From assembly GCA_051294905.1 (NCBI GenBank), contig CM119380.1, positions 3,596,001 through 3,660,000 on the forward strand: DNA of 64,000 nucleotides, in the 5' to 3' direction. This document shows positions 11,431 through 24,392 of this stretch, piece by piece. Within the stretch, counting starts at the first letter, position 1. Each line of letters opens with the position of its first letter. The translations under genes were made by a program, and so were the position numbers. Below the pieces are notes generated by a model. It did no database searches and was not told where the DNA came from. It worked only from the letters and a program-made list of their open reading frames with translations. The DNA comes from Botryllus schlosseri. Its lineage: Eukaryota.

Positions 11431-12054
11431 AGTTGTTTCGTCCTGAAGTAGCAAAGTAGCGTAACCTGTGTATTGTAGGTAATTGCTGCGCTATACTTAA
11501 CTTGACGTCAACTCTGTAGTAAGTTCTTGAACCAAGAGATTGCTCAATACAAGATTTATTCGTCGTTGATGTTTGTCGTAGGTAGCGTAAAATGAGTCTA
11601 CTCGAGTCAACTAAACATGCGCTTATATAGACTCGTGATCACTGCAATCGGAAGTCTTATTCGTCTCCTAATATGGCGTGAAATACACAATATTGGATAT
11701 TATCATATAGTCCCGCAAGCAGGTGCATCATATCTGTATCACAGCTGTATAATTTGCAACACTCTGCCACAGCTTGGCCGCGGTTTTTCTCTGATCGAAT
11801 GAAAGCCAGATCGCATCAGATCTGCTTGCGGTTAGTAGGTTTGGAGGTTGTCAGTTACCATATACTCCAACAGAATGTCTCTCGGTTACGAGATATACAT
11901 ATTTCAAGGTTGATCGACAACAGTGATCTGTTACAATATTCACTATAGCATGCTTAATGTGTAGTACGTGATTTAATTATACAGGTAATGAGTTCTCCAT
12001 GCTAATTATTGGTTGTTTGTTTGTTAACTTAAACCCTTAAGTTGCCGAGCAACT
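11431..12054 (-). repeat. 5' LTR (624 bp)
   Basis: Direct repeat of 3020-3643. Confidence 0.93.
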
Positions 12055-12556
12055 GACTTCATCGTCGCACTTGCTCGACGCGATTACGCAGAGGACGAAC
12101 TTTAGATAGTTGTCGGTCGATGTTATGAAGGACTCATGTCTTGCACACCAAGGCGGCGCTCAACGTACGGTGTTAGGTCAGGAGGATTTGTGTCTGGAGC
12201 TTGTCATGACTAGTATTTGCCAGTTGAAAGATACTGAGATGCCGTTACAGTTGTATATTGATGCAGATACAGCTGTCATTTTCAAGATGTATTAATGACT
12301 GCACAGTGCACAACCTTTGGAGTAGTGGTCTTGCGGAAGAGACAGACACAGGATATTTTGCATCATTTACCCATGGTATAGCAACTATTTTGATACGGTC
12401 CAGTTTACTTGTTCAAGACACAGATGTATAGATAATCAACACGAAAATATCATTGTTGTTCTTAGTTTGACAAACGAATCTTGTGTCTCCAGCAGTTCCT
12501 TCATACAATTCCTTTGACACGTAGATAACGTAAAATGTGTTAAAAATTTTAATGGT

Positions 12557-13500
12557 ATGGAAGAAGATCTTGTTGATGAATTAACTTCTGATGAAGATAC
12601 AGATGTAGAAGATTTCGATGATATCATGATATTTGGTGAGAGCCTGCCGTATCAATTCGAGCAACAATATTCAGAGGAGGAATTCGCCCGTCTTGTTGCA
12701 ACTCTAGAAGCACAAACTCATGTCTCTGTAAGTATTGTACCTGTGTTTCTTAGAATGCAATTTATCAATCTCATTGTATTGGTCAAAGGAATCGTCAGAA
12801 AACCAGAGTCAACTTCGGACACTTGACAACAATGAATGGTGCAGTTGCTTGAACTGTGCATCCATGACAAACCAGAATGAGCGCGTCTGCTGCAGGGAAA
12901 TACAACAAATAATGGAGCTTCTGGGGAATGGAGGGTCGATTTGCATAACAGAACATGACGATTTTCTCCTACATATACATCCCTCCATTCTTGAAACGTT
13001 TTTCAAAGTGAACAGAAAAAATTGGAATAATAACAATCTACCACATGGTCCTGGCAGAAGGCTTTCTAACAAGTGGGTCCTAGAACATTTTGTGTTGTTT
13101 ACTATTGTACCTACATGTATGCGACAGGGTCTTGGACCTATGACACGGTTCCTGGACTTATGACACGGTTCCTGGATATAAACGGCAATTTCCTGCATTC
13201 TTTACCTTTTCTCGCATGCTTTTATATAAATGCCTAAACTTTATAAATTGGGAGCATTATACTCTCCGTCATATATATGCTGCTATTACTTTTCTGCATT
13301 TTTTTTTATTGCTGCAATATACTTTGATATTTTCCAATTGCAGACAACATCGCTTATCGACACATACTGGAATGGATTATTGATGGCGACGTTTTGGGTA
13401 GCTAAAACAGGATGCCCTTGCCAGCCTGCATCGTGACTGCTATAACGCAAAAGTACCCTAGTGATGATGGACTGTATGTCGATTTCAAATGGCCGATAGA
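12557..13500 (+). pseudogene. Kolobok accessory gene (KolX-like), P2X7 C-terminal Cys-rich-domain homolog
   Basis: Acidic N-terminus, then WCSCLNC...ERVCCREI...CITEHDDF. An apparent GT-AG intron (~13074-13343) is followed by IAYRHILEWI...LG..RMPLPACIVTAITQKYPSDDGLYVDF. Frameshift and stops present. Confidence 0.72.
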
Positions 13501-13829
13501 AAACGAACTGTGATTGATAACACTGCGGCTATGCTCTATATAAGTCGAAATCAGTTCTGTTACTGTATTATTAGACAGTGAACTGGAACTGTTTGCATTC
13601 TATATTCCACGAATAGCTGTTGTGCCTGATACATCACTACTTTGCTAACTCGTTATTTATTAAAATAAATGATAAAAAAGAAACATCCGAGGACTATATA
13701 GCCGACTATATAGCCAGGGTATTACAACGGGGCAGGCAGGCAGTGTGGAAGAATGAAATTGAGCTAATAAGCTACGCAGCACTGCACCACATGCCATTCA
13801 ACTCGAAGATAGGGATGTATTGTAAGTAA

Positions 13830-16800
13830 GTCACGTTCTAGAACGACGTTTTGAAAGTAATTCCGCCTTAGAGGGGGCTGGTTCTGGTGCAATGCTGACT
13901 GGATGCACACTTCTTGAAATGTTACTGGGGAAGTTGATGCCAGTGCGATTCTCAGTAGTCCGCCTCTAAAGCTCGCTCGCATAGTGGTTCGTCTTCTTTT
14001 CATACACGTTTTTCAAGATCCACTCTTTTGCTGACCGAGAGTAACTTTTTTGTATCGTGGAGCACCTGCTTAAACAAATATAGAGTAAGTAACTAAGTAC
14101 CTTCCTTGACTTGCAAACATTTCATCTGCACAGCAAACCTGCTCGTGTCACCGCCTGAAATCTACCAACATTCTCATTCTGGTCCAGGACAGCCAATTTG
14201 GTTCGTGCAAGCATCGTGTCATAAGTAAAATGAAGACGTTTAGGTGCAAATTTCAATATGACGTTGTGATAAACTTCCAATGATCCTAAAAAAGGAAGGT
14301 GTGAAATGTGAATTGTAATGATCTGACCATGCTCCGATAACTGGTGTGCAGATGTGATGCGTCATAAAAATTACCAGTATGTTTGAACAGAGTCATCTGC
14401 TCCAAATCCCGGATCAAACTTTTGTTTTCTATCAAAGATTTCAATGCTTGGAAACTAGGAGATCCACATTACAACCATCTAGTTCTTAGGCACTGATCCC
14501 CAGTCAAAGTGCCATGGCTGCAGGAATATGTCTCCCCGTCAACTGTCCACTCATGTTCGCCGGTGATGTGATGCATAAGAGATAACCATCTTCTTTTTAG
14601 CACCTGCAATTGCATATTGTTATATAAAAGTTCCTAATATGGGATGTCGTCAGACATAGTTGATATGTAGACATACACTGCTATCTTGACCACAATACTG
14701 ACAGCACCACCACAAGTGATTTGTGATGCTCCTTGTCCATAGTAGCAAGTGTTCCATACCTTTCCTCTTACCCAGAGACACCAGCTTTTTTTTCAGTCCT
14801 GAGAAATGGTTAGTTAGTAGGGCAAAAGAAGATTCAACAGTATTCAGTTACCTTTGCAGACATGCCACACATCGAACTGGTGATTGATTGATGGATATTT
14901 ATCCTTCAACAATTTCCTGATGCTTGGTGTCCGGTCAGTCACTACGGTTTCAATCGACAAACCTTGAGCAAGTAATGCATCCAAACCACGCTCCATACCA
15001 ACTTTTTCCATTGCAACACTGCTGGAGCACTCTGTTTTTCAACCAATTGGACGTGGACAATCTTCTCAGTCTTCTCCATAAATGAATAGACCATATATTT
15101 TGCAGAAAACCCAGGTGAGTCCGATCGCCCATCACCCATCAGTGTAATTGGTTTACATTAACCCTTCATCTCCCGTAAGACATCCTCCATATGTTCCCCA
15201 TAGTAGGTCGCAATAGTTGGCAAAATATATTGCGATTGTATATCATAAAAACGACGTTCCGAAATGTAGTTAATGTCCAGTATTTTGAAAAAATCTGCAA
15301 TATCAGTGTACGTGGCTCCCGAATATATCGTCGCGCCAACAGTCGAAAGGTTCATTGCAGACATCTTTCTAATTTCTGGTGAAGAATTCCAGATCCTGGT
15401 TTCAGAGCAGTTGTGGCATACAATTGCCACGGACATATGATAACCCTTGTACGTCGTCTTAATTTCAGTCTTTGAACAGCATAGCTGAAAAAATGTGTAC
15501 ATAAAGAAGATGCACATGGCACAAAGTGCTGCAACATGAGTTACTTCACACTTGCTAAATGCGTATCGAAGTAAATTTTGAAATACCAGAATTGTCCTAC
15601 TTTCATCAATTTGTTGACTGTTTGTCGCATCCTCACTACACAGGCTTGTTTCAACATTTGAAAGAGGCTCGATCGTGCTGAGTGACGACGTAATGCTGAA
15701 GTCCTTGGTAACAAAATGATGGGTTGTTATTTTGATGTAATGTGATTAGAAAAGTAGCAGGGCTATCTCACGTCACAATCACCTTTCCTACGTTTAGAAA
15801 CGGGGCTTTCAAACGGATCAGGAAGAGTTCTCCTTGGTTATTTCAACATTCTTGGAGTCTACCGAGAAATAAGTTATGGAACACATCAGCCTGACTTTGT
15901 AGAAAGTTGGTATACCCGTTACCACCTTGAACACAGGCGATTTTGTATTGCCGGATGAACGGCAAACTGGTGCCGTGAAGTCGGAGTCTGATGACTGAAT
16001 AGAAATATGTTGAAGATATTAATACGCACGGTATGATATGGGATATCTACTTACATGACTCGATTCAGTAGCTGCACCAGCAAGAAGTTCACGAGAGGTT
16101 CTTCTCACCACAATCTACAATATTTGTTAAATAATAACCATCAAGTGGACAAATTGGGGTCACTGTGCAAGTGCACTAACCGCAATCTTAGACGAAGCCA
16201 TTTTTCATGCAATTCCAATGACTACACAATGAAGACGATGCACACATATTCATGCTAGTATACCTTCTCATATCAATCAACTCAAGCGTACTTACTTGAA
16301 GCTTCTGCGTTGAAGGTCTTTTATTGATGGCTGTACTAGATTTCGATTCAATAAAATCTGAATCCGATGACTGAATAGAAACGTTGCAAGTCCCTATGGA
16401 ATCATTGTCATGTGAAATTGAAAACAAGGACTTACATTGCAAGATTCTGGAGTTTTAGTGAGATTCTTTAATTGCTGTTGTTTTCGCAACCGTCTGTCAA
16501 GATAAAAGTTATATAATGCATATAGGGAACTTTAAATATAGTTACCCACCAATACCTTAGACTTGGTGGGCTTCCCACCAATCAATTTCGAACATGTTGA
16601 GCCCATAAAATCTGAGTCAGATGACTAAACACAGAGGACCAAAAGTCAATCCAACATGTCTTAGGGAAAAGAAAATGCAGCCTTACTTGACAAGATTCCT
16701 CCAAAGAGATTCCTCCAAAGATTGATCTTCCTTCAAAAGTATTATCAATTTGTGATCTGTTACGTTCTTGGTTTTATAGAACTTCTTGTGTAAGATCCAA

Positions 16801-17129
16801 CGAAGGTACAGCTTCTGTCAATAAATACAAAGGAACATTTTATAAATATACACAAGAGTTTGCTAGAGATGATTGCCACCAACCCTTTTTAAGTCGTCGA
16901 CGCTTGCTATTTCCTTTACGATGACGAATAAAATCGCTTTTCTTGAAATGCCTACTGCATACAAAAATATTTTTCTGCTCTATCTTGGTCGACGAGATTC
17001 CTATGGCACTAAACCACTGTCGTCTCAGTGCAGTTTCAGAAGAGTGCAATTTCAGAAGGAATTTTATGAAGAGTATGCGATTCGTCATTCCTTTTGACAT
17101 CACACGATGTAACGGCACAACTTCTCCAT
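13830..17129 (-). pseudogene. Kolobok transposase (THAP + DDE), multi-exon, decayed
   Basis: THAP (RSCAVTSC...LHKIP...LRRQW...VCSRHF...RRLKKG) at ~16860-17129; GDGRSDSPGFSAKY at ~15130; GSLEVYHNVILKFAPKRLHF...MLARTKLAVLDQNEN at ~14180-14290. Confidence 0.8.
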
Positions 17130-18464
17130 GTCATTGCAGCTTGCTACAATGTCAATGTATATTCTATATACTATTACGAAGACTCTGAGTAGAGCAAGAC
17201 AATACCGTAGACCAGTGCTTTTCAACCTTTTTTAGCTCCATTCGTACTTTTTTTTTTAAAAACAATTTAATTCGCACCAGCCAGCTGGAATTCATTACAC
17301 AAAAAGAAAATGAAAAGCTTATCACTTTTTGTATTTGTAGGCCTTCCTGTTGGTACAGAGCGTCATTATTTCACATTTAGTGTATCGTATTGCTGATTAA
17401 TCAAATACTAAAATCACTGCAGTAGAAAAACACAGATATCGCACTTCCGCTGTTCTCAAGGTCTTCGTTGCTTTTTCTGCGGGTATCGTGCAGTGATTTC
17501 TTTCGAAGCTCAAAGGGCGAACCCATGAACAATATTCACTCGCACCAATAACACTTTTCCACTAAATCGACGTATTATGTCAACGCTATATGAATGTGTG
17601 CCGAAATTCCAATACTTTGCATTCAAATCAACACTGGCATCGCACACTATTTCCTACAAGGTAGGGTTATCATATTTTGGATTCGGGAAAGGAGGATATT
17701 CGCACAAGTACGAACCGTCACACAGGTTGAAAAGCACTTTATGCTGTAGCCGTTTTTCAGGGTAACAGTAATTTCTTATCCACAACACGAATACCACCAG
17801 TCACAGTTCCCCATGAACATGACAAAATTCATGAAATTCAAAATTGGTGGTTCGGGTACTGTAGGAAAATTCATCATCCCTAACCAAAATCCAACGGTAC
17901 GCAAACCTAACCTGAACCCACAACTCCGCAGCTGACCTTAAAACATATATATTCATTATATTGTAATCTTACTAATCCCCAAGCCATAATTTTAAGATAC
18001 TCTCAAACCCTCATCTTATGATTCTCCAACCTGAATGCGAAACCAATTATGACCGCTCTGAATTTTGAAATGTTCAGAGGGCACACTGATTGGTGATGGT
18101 AATGTTTTATACATAACATAAGAATAGGACATGATCTATTCCTGCCCTCAAGAAATAGAATACACTAGGCCCGATTACGAGAAAAATCTAGTGACTGAAT
18201 ATCGTCCGTGGAACGCCGTATCCATACCACCTTGGCGTGTAAGACATATTTGCTTCAGAACATCGGCTGACAAGTATCTGAAGTTCGTCCTCTGCGTGAC
18301 TGCGTAATCGCGATGAAGTCATCGTGCCATGTAACGGGTTAAGAAATTACCCGGAGTTCGACAGCTGCAGCTGGATGCAACTCTGGAAATTTCAATAAAT
18401 TGCAGCTCCATTACGTTCTGCCCTTCAATTTGAGACCACATCAGATTTAGAGTGGAGTGCCCCT

Positions 18465-18620
18465 TTAATAACACTGGTATCCATGACTTCTCTGCTTGAC
18501 GCTGATGCATTACTGGGATAGCATGGAGGGGTGGTGCAAGACTTAGAAAACCGTACAAGGCTAGAGCTGCACCTTCCTTGTCCAGCGGCATATGCACATC
18601 ATGCACTCATGGTATGCATA
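18465..18620 (+). mobile_element. 3' continuation of SINE family B
   Basis: TTAA..CTGGTATCCATGACTTCTCTGCTTGACGCTGATGCATT...GGGATAG follows the Kolobok right end and plausibly continues the head at 2755-2850. Confidence 0.5.
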
Positions 18621-19082
18621 TGCACTAGGGTTGTCCAAAATTTGGAAAATCTCAAAATATATACGTATCCATGTCTCATTCTGTAGATTATTGATGAAAA
18701 ACGTCAATGAACCTGCAATAAGCTTATAGGAAAGAAGTTAACATTTGTCTAAATGCGTTTGAAAGTAGCTGCCATAGAGTGGGCGGGTTAGCGACCATAG
18801 AACGGCGAGAAGACTAGTAATCACGAAATCACGTCTCTTGATTTGATTAGTTAATCAGCTATGCTTCAATGATCACGACCACGGCGGCTTGCTGATTCTC
18901 AGGGATATCTAGAAATCCGGGATGTGCAACTCTCGAAAATCCACTCTCGCCGCCGCCCAACAGTAGGGTCACTCATTTGCTCTTGACGAGCTCTGGAGTG
19001 GCTGGATGCTGCTTCTTTATGTCTTTACGAGTTTGTATAAATCATTATCAACCATGAGGCGCTATATTAATATATGTGACGG

Positions 19083-19570
19083 TTGATCAGATATTCATAT
19101 TCTAATGTGCCAGCAGAAGCTATTACCTTGCAGTTCGGGTATTATTTTCAACCCATTGTCATGTCGGATAGTTCTCGCATAACAGATGTTAGTTTGTGTA
19201 TTTTACAAGTTAGTTTGTCAGTTTGTGTATTTTACAAGTTAGTTTGTCGAGATTCACCTATATTCAAGTTAAAATCACCTATGGAGAATAATATATAGTA
19301 AGTGATGGTCGTTGAGATATTCATATTTTAATGTGACAGCGGAAGCAGTTATACCGTGCAGTTCGACATCGGTAGTACCGGTATTAGTTTCAACACATTG
19401 TCATATCGGATGGTTCTCGCATAACAGATGTTAATTTGTATATTTTACGAGAGTTTGTCGAGATTCACCTATAGTAAAGTTAAAATCACCTATGGAGAAT
19501 AATATATAGTAAGTGATGGTCGATGAGATATTCATATCCTAATGTGACAGCAGAAGCAGTTACCATGCAG
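19083..19570. repeat. About 220-230 bp tandem repeat, ~2.3 copies
   Basis: gagatattcatat...gattcacctat...aaaatcacctatggagaataatatatagtaagtgatggtcg repeated. Confidence 0.8.
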
Positions 19571-19691
19571 GAGTTTAGCATTGGTATAGTACCGGTTTAG
19601 TGTTCAATGTCATGTTTGTTTTGCGATTTCAGTTAATTTTTTTGTTGGCAGTGTATTGATTCAGTGACTACTTGAGACTATTATCAGGTTT

Positions 19692-20234
19692 ATGGGTTAC
19701 ACATGCTGTATTCCTGGATGCCGTACTGGGTACAAGGCTAAAAGAAAGACTGCTACTGCTGCATCTATTCAGCTGTTCAAGTTTCCTCATGATGAGAAAT
19801 TGAAGGAAAAGTGGACCAGGGCTATACCGAGGCAGAACTGGATAGTTTCAGTAAACCACAGGGTTTGCTCAGAAGATTTTACACGGGACTGTTTTATCAC
19901 GAGTACCAGTGACAAGAAAGGACGGCGGGTTCGCAAGCTTGAATCATTGGATTTAACAAGGCCGAAACTGAAACCGAATGCTGTTCCACACATATTTCCT
20001 ACATTACTAAGATATTTGAGTAAAATCAATCCATCCCCGCGAAGCCATAACACTGGCTCGTCAGCTCGTCTTGCGAGAGAAGATTCAGCTATTGAACGCC
20101 GCAACTTGGATTTTATGAAGAAAGATTTCATAGCTTTAAAAAGAAAGCCACAGGATGTAACGGTGCTATGTGGATATATTTGTCTCAAAACAGATGACGG
20201 TATGGTGTTCCATCTACATCAAGTCTCTTTCTGA
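19692..20234 (+). pseudogene. THAP DNA-binding domain of the P transposase
   Basis: CCIPGC...LFKFP...WTRAIPR...RVCSEDF...LKPNAVPHIF. Confidence 0.85.
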
Positions 20235-20302
20235 GTCGCAGACGGAAGCCCCTAAGATTTGGGCATCTGTTATTGTAACACATGATTTGACAGTAAAGCC
20301 AT

Positions 20303-21250
20303 TTGTCCGTCATCATTTTTAAAGAATGGCAAGCATCGGGAAATATTGGATTGCCTCGACAAACATTTATGGCGTGTATACAGACGATGGGTGCCATAAT
20401 TGAGCTCACAAATTATTTGGAAGGCCACTATGGTATTGAATACATACTCTCTGGAAAGCCGATGTCTGATCCGATCGTAGCAAGATTTGGGATGTACCGC
20501 CAGTCAAATGGTGGCAACTTTTTCATGTCGGTGAAACAGTTGCTATCGGCAGAAAAGAAAATCCGCTGCTTCAGTTTGCTTCAGCAGAAAGTATTGTGCA
20601 CCGCATCAAGTCTTGGTCAATCTGATCACGAAAATTCGGATGAAGATGGTTCACCACCTTCTTCACAGCTTTTATGGTTGGTTGAATTTTTGAGTAATGT
20701 TGCCATTAATGAGGTGACTGACAGCGATGCGGCTGTTTCCTTTTATGTAAGCGGCAATATTGGAAGGTCCATTATCAGGCGAAGAGATTGTGACAAATGC
20801 AGTGATTTACTTGTTGAGGATATTGATGTGCCGCCACTGTCTAATTCTGTACCAGAGCAGTACAAATCAGTGTTGCAGATGGCGAATCGAGGTGGTCTCT
20901 CAGAACCATCTGAGTACTGTTACTTTGTGACAACTCTTGCTGTGCAATATTACACAGCTCTAGCCACCAACAACGATATCATGAAAAAATTCATAGCCTG
21001 TCACAATTCAAGAAGTGTGTTTGTATCTGCGATTCGCGAAATATTGAAATCAACCTTTCTTTGGAATCTCACTACTGTTGAATGTGGTAACGCCCATAAC
21101 AATTCCGAGTTGATTGTGCAGACGGCCTTTAACTGCTTCGCAAAAAACGAGCTGAAACGCTTCAATTGTAACTCTACTTCCCAGCTGCCAGTAAGTAAAA
21201 AACAGCAAAAGATATGGAAACTTTCCTCCGAGGGTTCTAGCAAATTCTAG
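20303..21250 (+). pseudogene. P transposase C-terminal (RNase H-like) half
   Basis: LPRQTF...T...EYILSGKPMSDPIVARFGMYRQSNGGNF...EKKIR. The expected catalytic E (DP.E) reads V, and the central core is missing. Confidence 0.82.
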
Positions 21251-22012
21251 TGTATTAGTGATTTTGTTATTGTATCAGATCTGTAACTTCAGTTGGAAAT
21301 TGTTTTTGGTTGCAACTGCTTTGTAATTTGCCTTGATTAAAAGGCATTTGTTTGTTCGTGATTTTGGTTTCAACTGCTCTGTATCTTACCTTGATTAACA
21401 TATATTTGATATTAGTTAGTAATTCTTTGGGTAGGCCTATAACTGCTCTCTATCTTGCCTACTTGGTTAGTTATTTTGGTTTTATCTGCTCTGTAACTCA
21501 CCTTGACTTGAACATACATTTGCTATCAGTTAGTATTTCATTGTATGTAACTGCGTGGTATCTTGCCTTTATTAAAAATCAATACTTCGTTAGGAATTTT
21601 GATTTTATCTGCTCTGTATCTGCCTTGATCAACATACATTTGTTATCAGTTGGTAATTTTTGGTTACATCTGCTTTGTAACGTGCCTCGATTAACATACA
21701 TTAGTTGGTAATAAATAATTTGTGTTGGCATCTGCTCTATATCTTGTGTATCAGTTTCATATGGTAGATAGGGAGAAATCGTAGGTACATATTGTGATGT
21801 CAGAGTGACGTCACGGTTTCTATGGTGATCAATAAAACTCATGTGTGTAGAGTCGGGATAGTAGGATTGGTAGGAATGGAATCCTTCACTGTGATTCCCG
21901 ACAGTAGAACGTCTGCTATCATTGTTTCCGAAGTGACCCTACTCTTGTCCGCCTAAAAAACGAGTGACACATCCCGGAGTTCCAGATATCCCTGGCTAAT
22001 TCTGTGCTTCTA

Positions 22013-22909
22013 CTAGTTCAAGAAGTACGCTAACGGCAATGATGATTCTGTAAGCGCATTGTACGTTGGTGATTAAATACTAAAATGAGACACTTGGTCA
22101 TTGAATTTGTAGTGTTAAAACTAGATAACGATAGGTTCAGAACAAAAATACCCTCTTGCGGGCATGACAGAGGTGAGACAGCGAATGCTTGTGAACTTAT
22201 ACATCCCAGAAATACCTGTCTGATATGATTGAGATTATTACGCCAAGAGGTCCTGCTTTTCTGGATGCAGTGCAGGTAAAGTATATTAGTTATCGCCAAA
22301 CTGGTGCAGCACACCATGCGAGATGGATACCGGACACAATCCTGTATTCTCAGAAGATATGTGGGCCGACCAGGTAGCTTGCATTGGGACTCTAAAGAAA
22401 TGTAACTACCACACTGCTTCAATACATTCTTTTTTTATGTCCATGTCTGGTTTGATTCAAGCATTAGTCGTGATGCAGCCGGTAATGATCTAAGAATCAT
22501 TATGGACATGCTAAAAAATGCAAGCGAACATTTTTTTTACTAGTCCTACCAGCATACATAGTCTATGCTTGCCTTTAGACCTTCTTCAATGTCAAGTTTT
22601 ATATTTGTAATCAATCATGGAACATCCCCTCTGAAACTAGAAGTTCGTTCGTCACTTGCATGAGCGCCTTTGCAATATTTCTTCTCGTGTTTTTGTGCTT
22701 TCCTCGATGAAAACAAGGCATACAGGCTACAACGGTTGCCTTCACAATAAGCCATCAATTCATGTATTTGAAGAATTTGTGTAGCAGCTGTTCTTTGTTC
22801 ATCATGTATTTCGTCACTCAACATGTTCTGAATGATCTTGAATCATTATCTGCGGACCAATCTACAATGCGCTTACAGAATCACAGCCGTTAGCCGACTC
22901 CTTGACCAG
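22013..22909. mobile_element. Small TIR element nested within the right TIR of the P element
   Basis: About 55-bp imperfect inverted repeats (gctaacggc...gattctgtaagcgcattgta..ttggt) at 22013-22070 and 22856-22909. P-TIR sequence resumes on both sides. Confidence 0.55.
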
Positions 22910-23857
22910 CTGATCAGCAAGCCGTCACCGTCGAGATCATTGAAGCATAGCAGATTAGCCAATCAAGCGCCGTGATTTCGTGATTACTAGTCTGCTACTT
23001 TCAGCTAGGCAGCTACTTTCAAACGCATTTAGACAAATGTTAACGACTTTCCTGTGAGCTTATTGCAGGTTCATTGACGTTTTTTTTTATCTATAATCTA
23101 TAAAATGAGACATGGATACGCATAAATTTTGAGATTTTCCAAATTATGGACAACCCTAGTGGACATGCTATTACTTATAGGCCTACTGATGACGAACATT
23201 ACATAAATGATATGGTAATACCGATTTTCTACTGGCTTAGTGTGTCATGCATATGCCTGTGAAAAAATGTTCTGGTAGAATTTCACTTTAACATGGCCTA
23301 TTCATTACTACTCTGACTGATCTGGACATGGACAGGTGATGTTTAAAATCGAAACCGATTCGTTAGCTACAATGGAACATTAATCTTGCTGTTCTGCTTA
23401 TGTTATCCTGTCATTCACTTACCGGCGAAAAGTTCTGGGATATCGACGCTTTACCATCGACTTTTCATCAGTACTGCCTTCACTATTACTTCGTGCATAA
23501 GACTCCGAGTATATATTTTTCTGCCTTTTACTGCACCCATATAGGCACAGCAAACACTGCGAATACAACTTGAACGGCCTATCTTTGACATGCAGAAATA
23601 CACAGAATAACAGATACGGACACGAGATATTGGGCTGAAACAAATCCTGAATGTTAAAATAATAATTCATTCAAAGCTCCACTGGTATAAAATACTACAA
23701 AACCTATTTTGAATCAAATATATTCGATTACTGAACGATTTTCCATAAGCGCCTGTGCTAAACCGCTCGGCCTACTACCCACAATGCTTTTGGCCATGGT
23801 GATCAGTGATCACGCAAATTTGCTTAGCCGGATATGGCAGTAGTGCGGGGCTTGGGA

Positions 23858-24392
23858 CGACACCACAACCGTAATCATCGAAGCGTACAGTGCTTTCTCT
23901 CATTGTCATATCGCTTTATATATAAAGCCGTTTGATTTTGCTTTGTTCAGTTCGCTCAAGCGCTGCTTGCAGAACTTCTTGGCCGATTAACTGGTTACCC
24001 CGCAAGCCAGATAATTCTGGATAGTTCACGCAGCAAGATGAATCCCGAGAATCAGGCAGGTTTACATATACCAGTTGAGAATGCAGTTGCTATCTAGCTT
24101 CCTCTTCCTTTTAGGCCGAGGCCCAATTCCAGATTCGAGGAATAACAACAGACAGTACAAAGTTCTACTATGTGGTCTCCGCATTAGACCGAGAAATGTC
24201 AAGTCAACTTGTCGACATTCCAGAGCAGCCTCCACAGGAGAACAAATACACAGCAATAAAACAACGCCTTCTTGACACCTTCGACACCGTTATCATAGAA
24301 GCGTACAGTGCTTTATCTCATAGTCATGTTGCTTTAGATATAAACCTGATTGATGTGCTTTGTTCAGTTCGCTTAAGTGCTGCTTGTAATGA
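23858..24392 (+). mobile_element. Gypsy relic: short direct repeats flanking a gag fragment
   Basis: About 110-bp direct repeats (23858-23970, 24283-24392), a PBS-like TGGTTACCCCG near 23990, and EAQFQIRGITTDSTKFYYVVSALD...KYTAIKQRLLDTF. Confidence 0.6.

Larger units (their letters stand above)
3020..12054 (-). mobile_element. Full-length Gypsy/Ty3 LTR retrotransposon with env-like third ORF
   Basis: Two 624-bp LTRs, PBS, gag, PR-RT-RH-IN pol, glycoprotein ORF and PPT in canonical order on the minus strand. Confidence 0.95.
2851..18464 (-). mobile_element. Kolobok-type DNA transposon (about 6.6 kb net), carrying a 9-kb LTR insertion in its left TIR
   Basis: TTAA|GGGGCACT...AGTGCCCCT|TTAA ends. 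Long imperfect TIRs (2851-3019 plus 12055-~12170 versus ~18230-18464). Contains THAP + DDE transposase (-) and a convergent Cys-rich accessory gene (+). Confidence 0.8.
18623..23161 (+). mobile_element. Internally deleted P-superfamily transposon with long TIRs
   Basis: CACTAGGGTTGTCC...GGACAACCCTAGTG ends with about 270-300 bp of imperfect inverted repeat. Encodes THAP and the transposase C-terminus. No matching TSD found. Confidence 0.75.
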
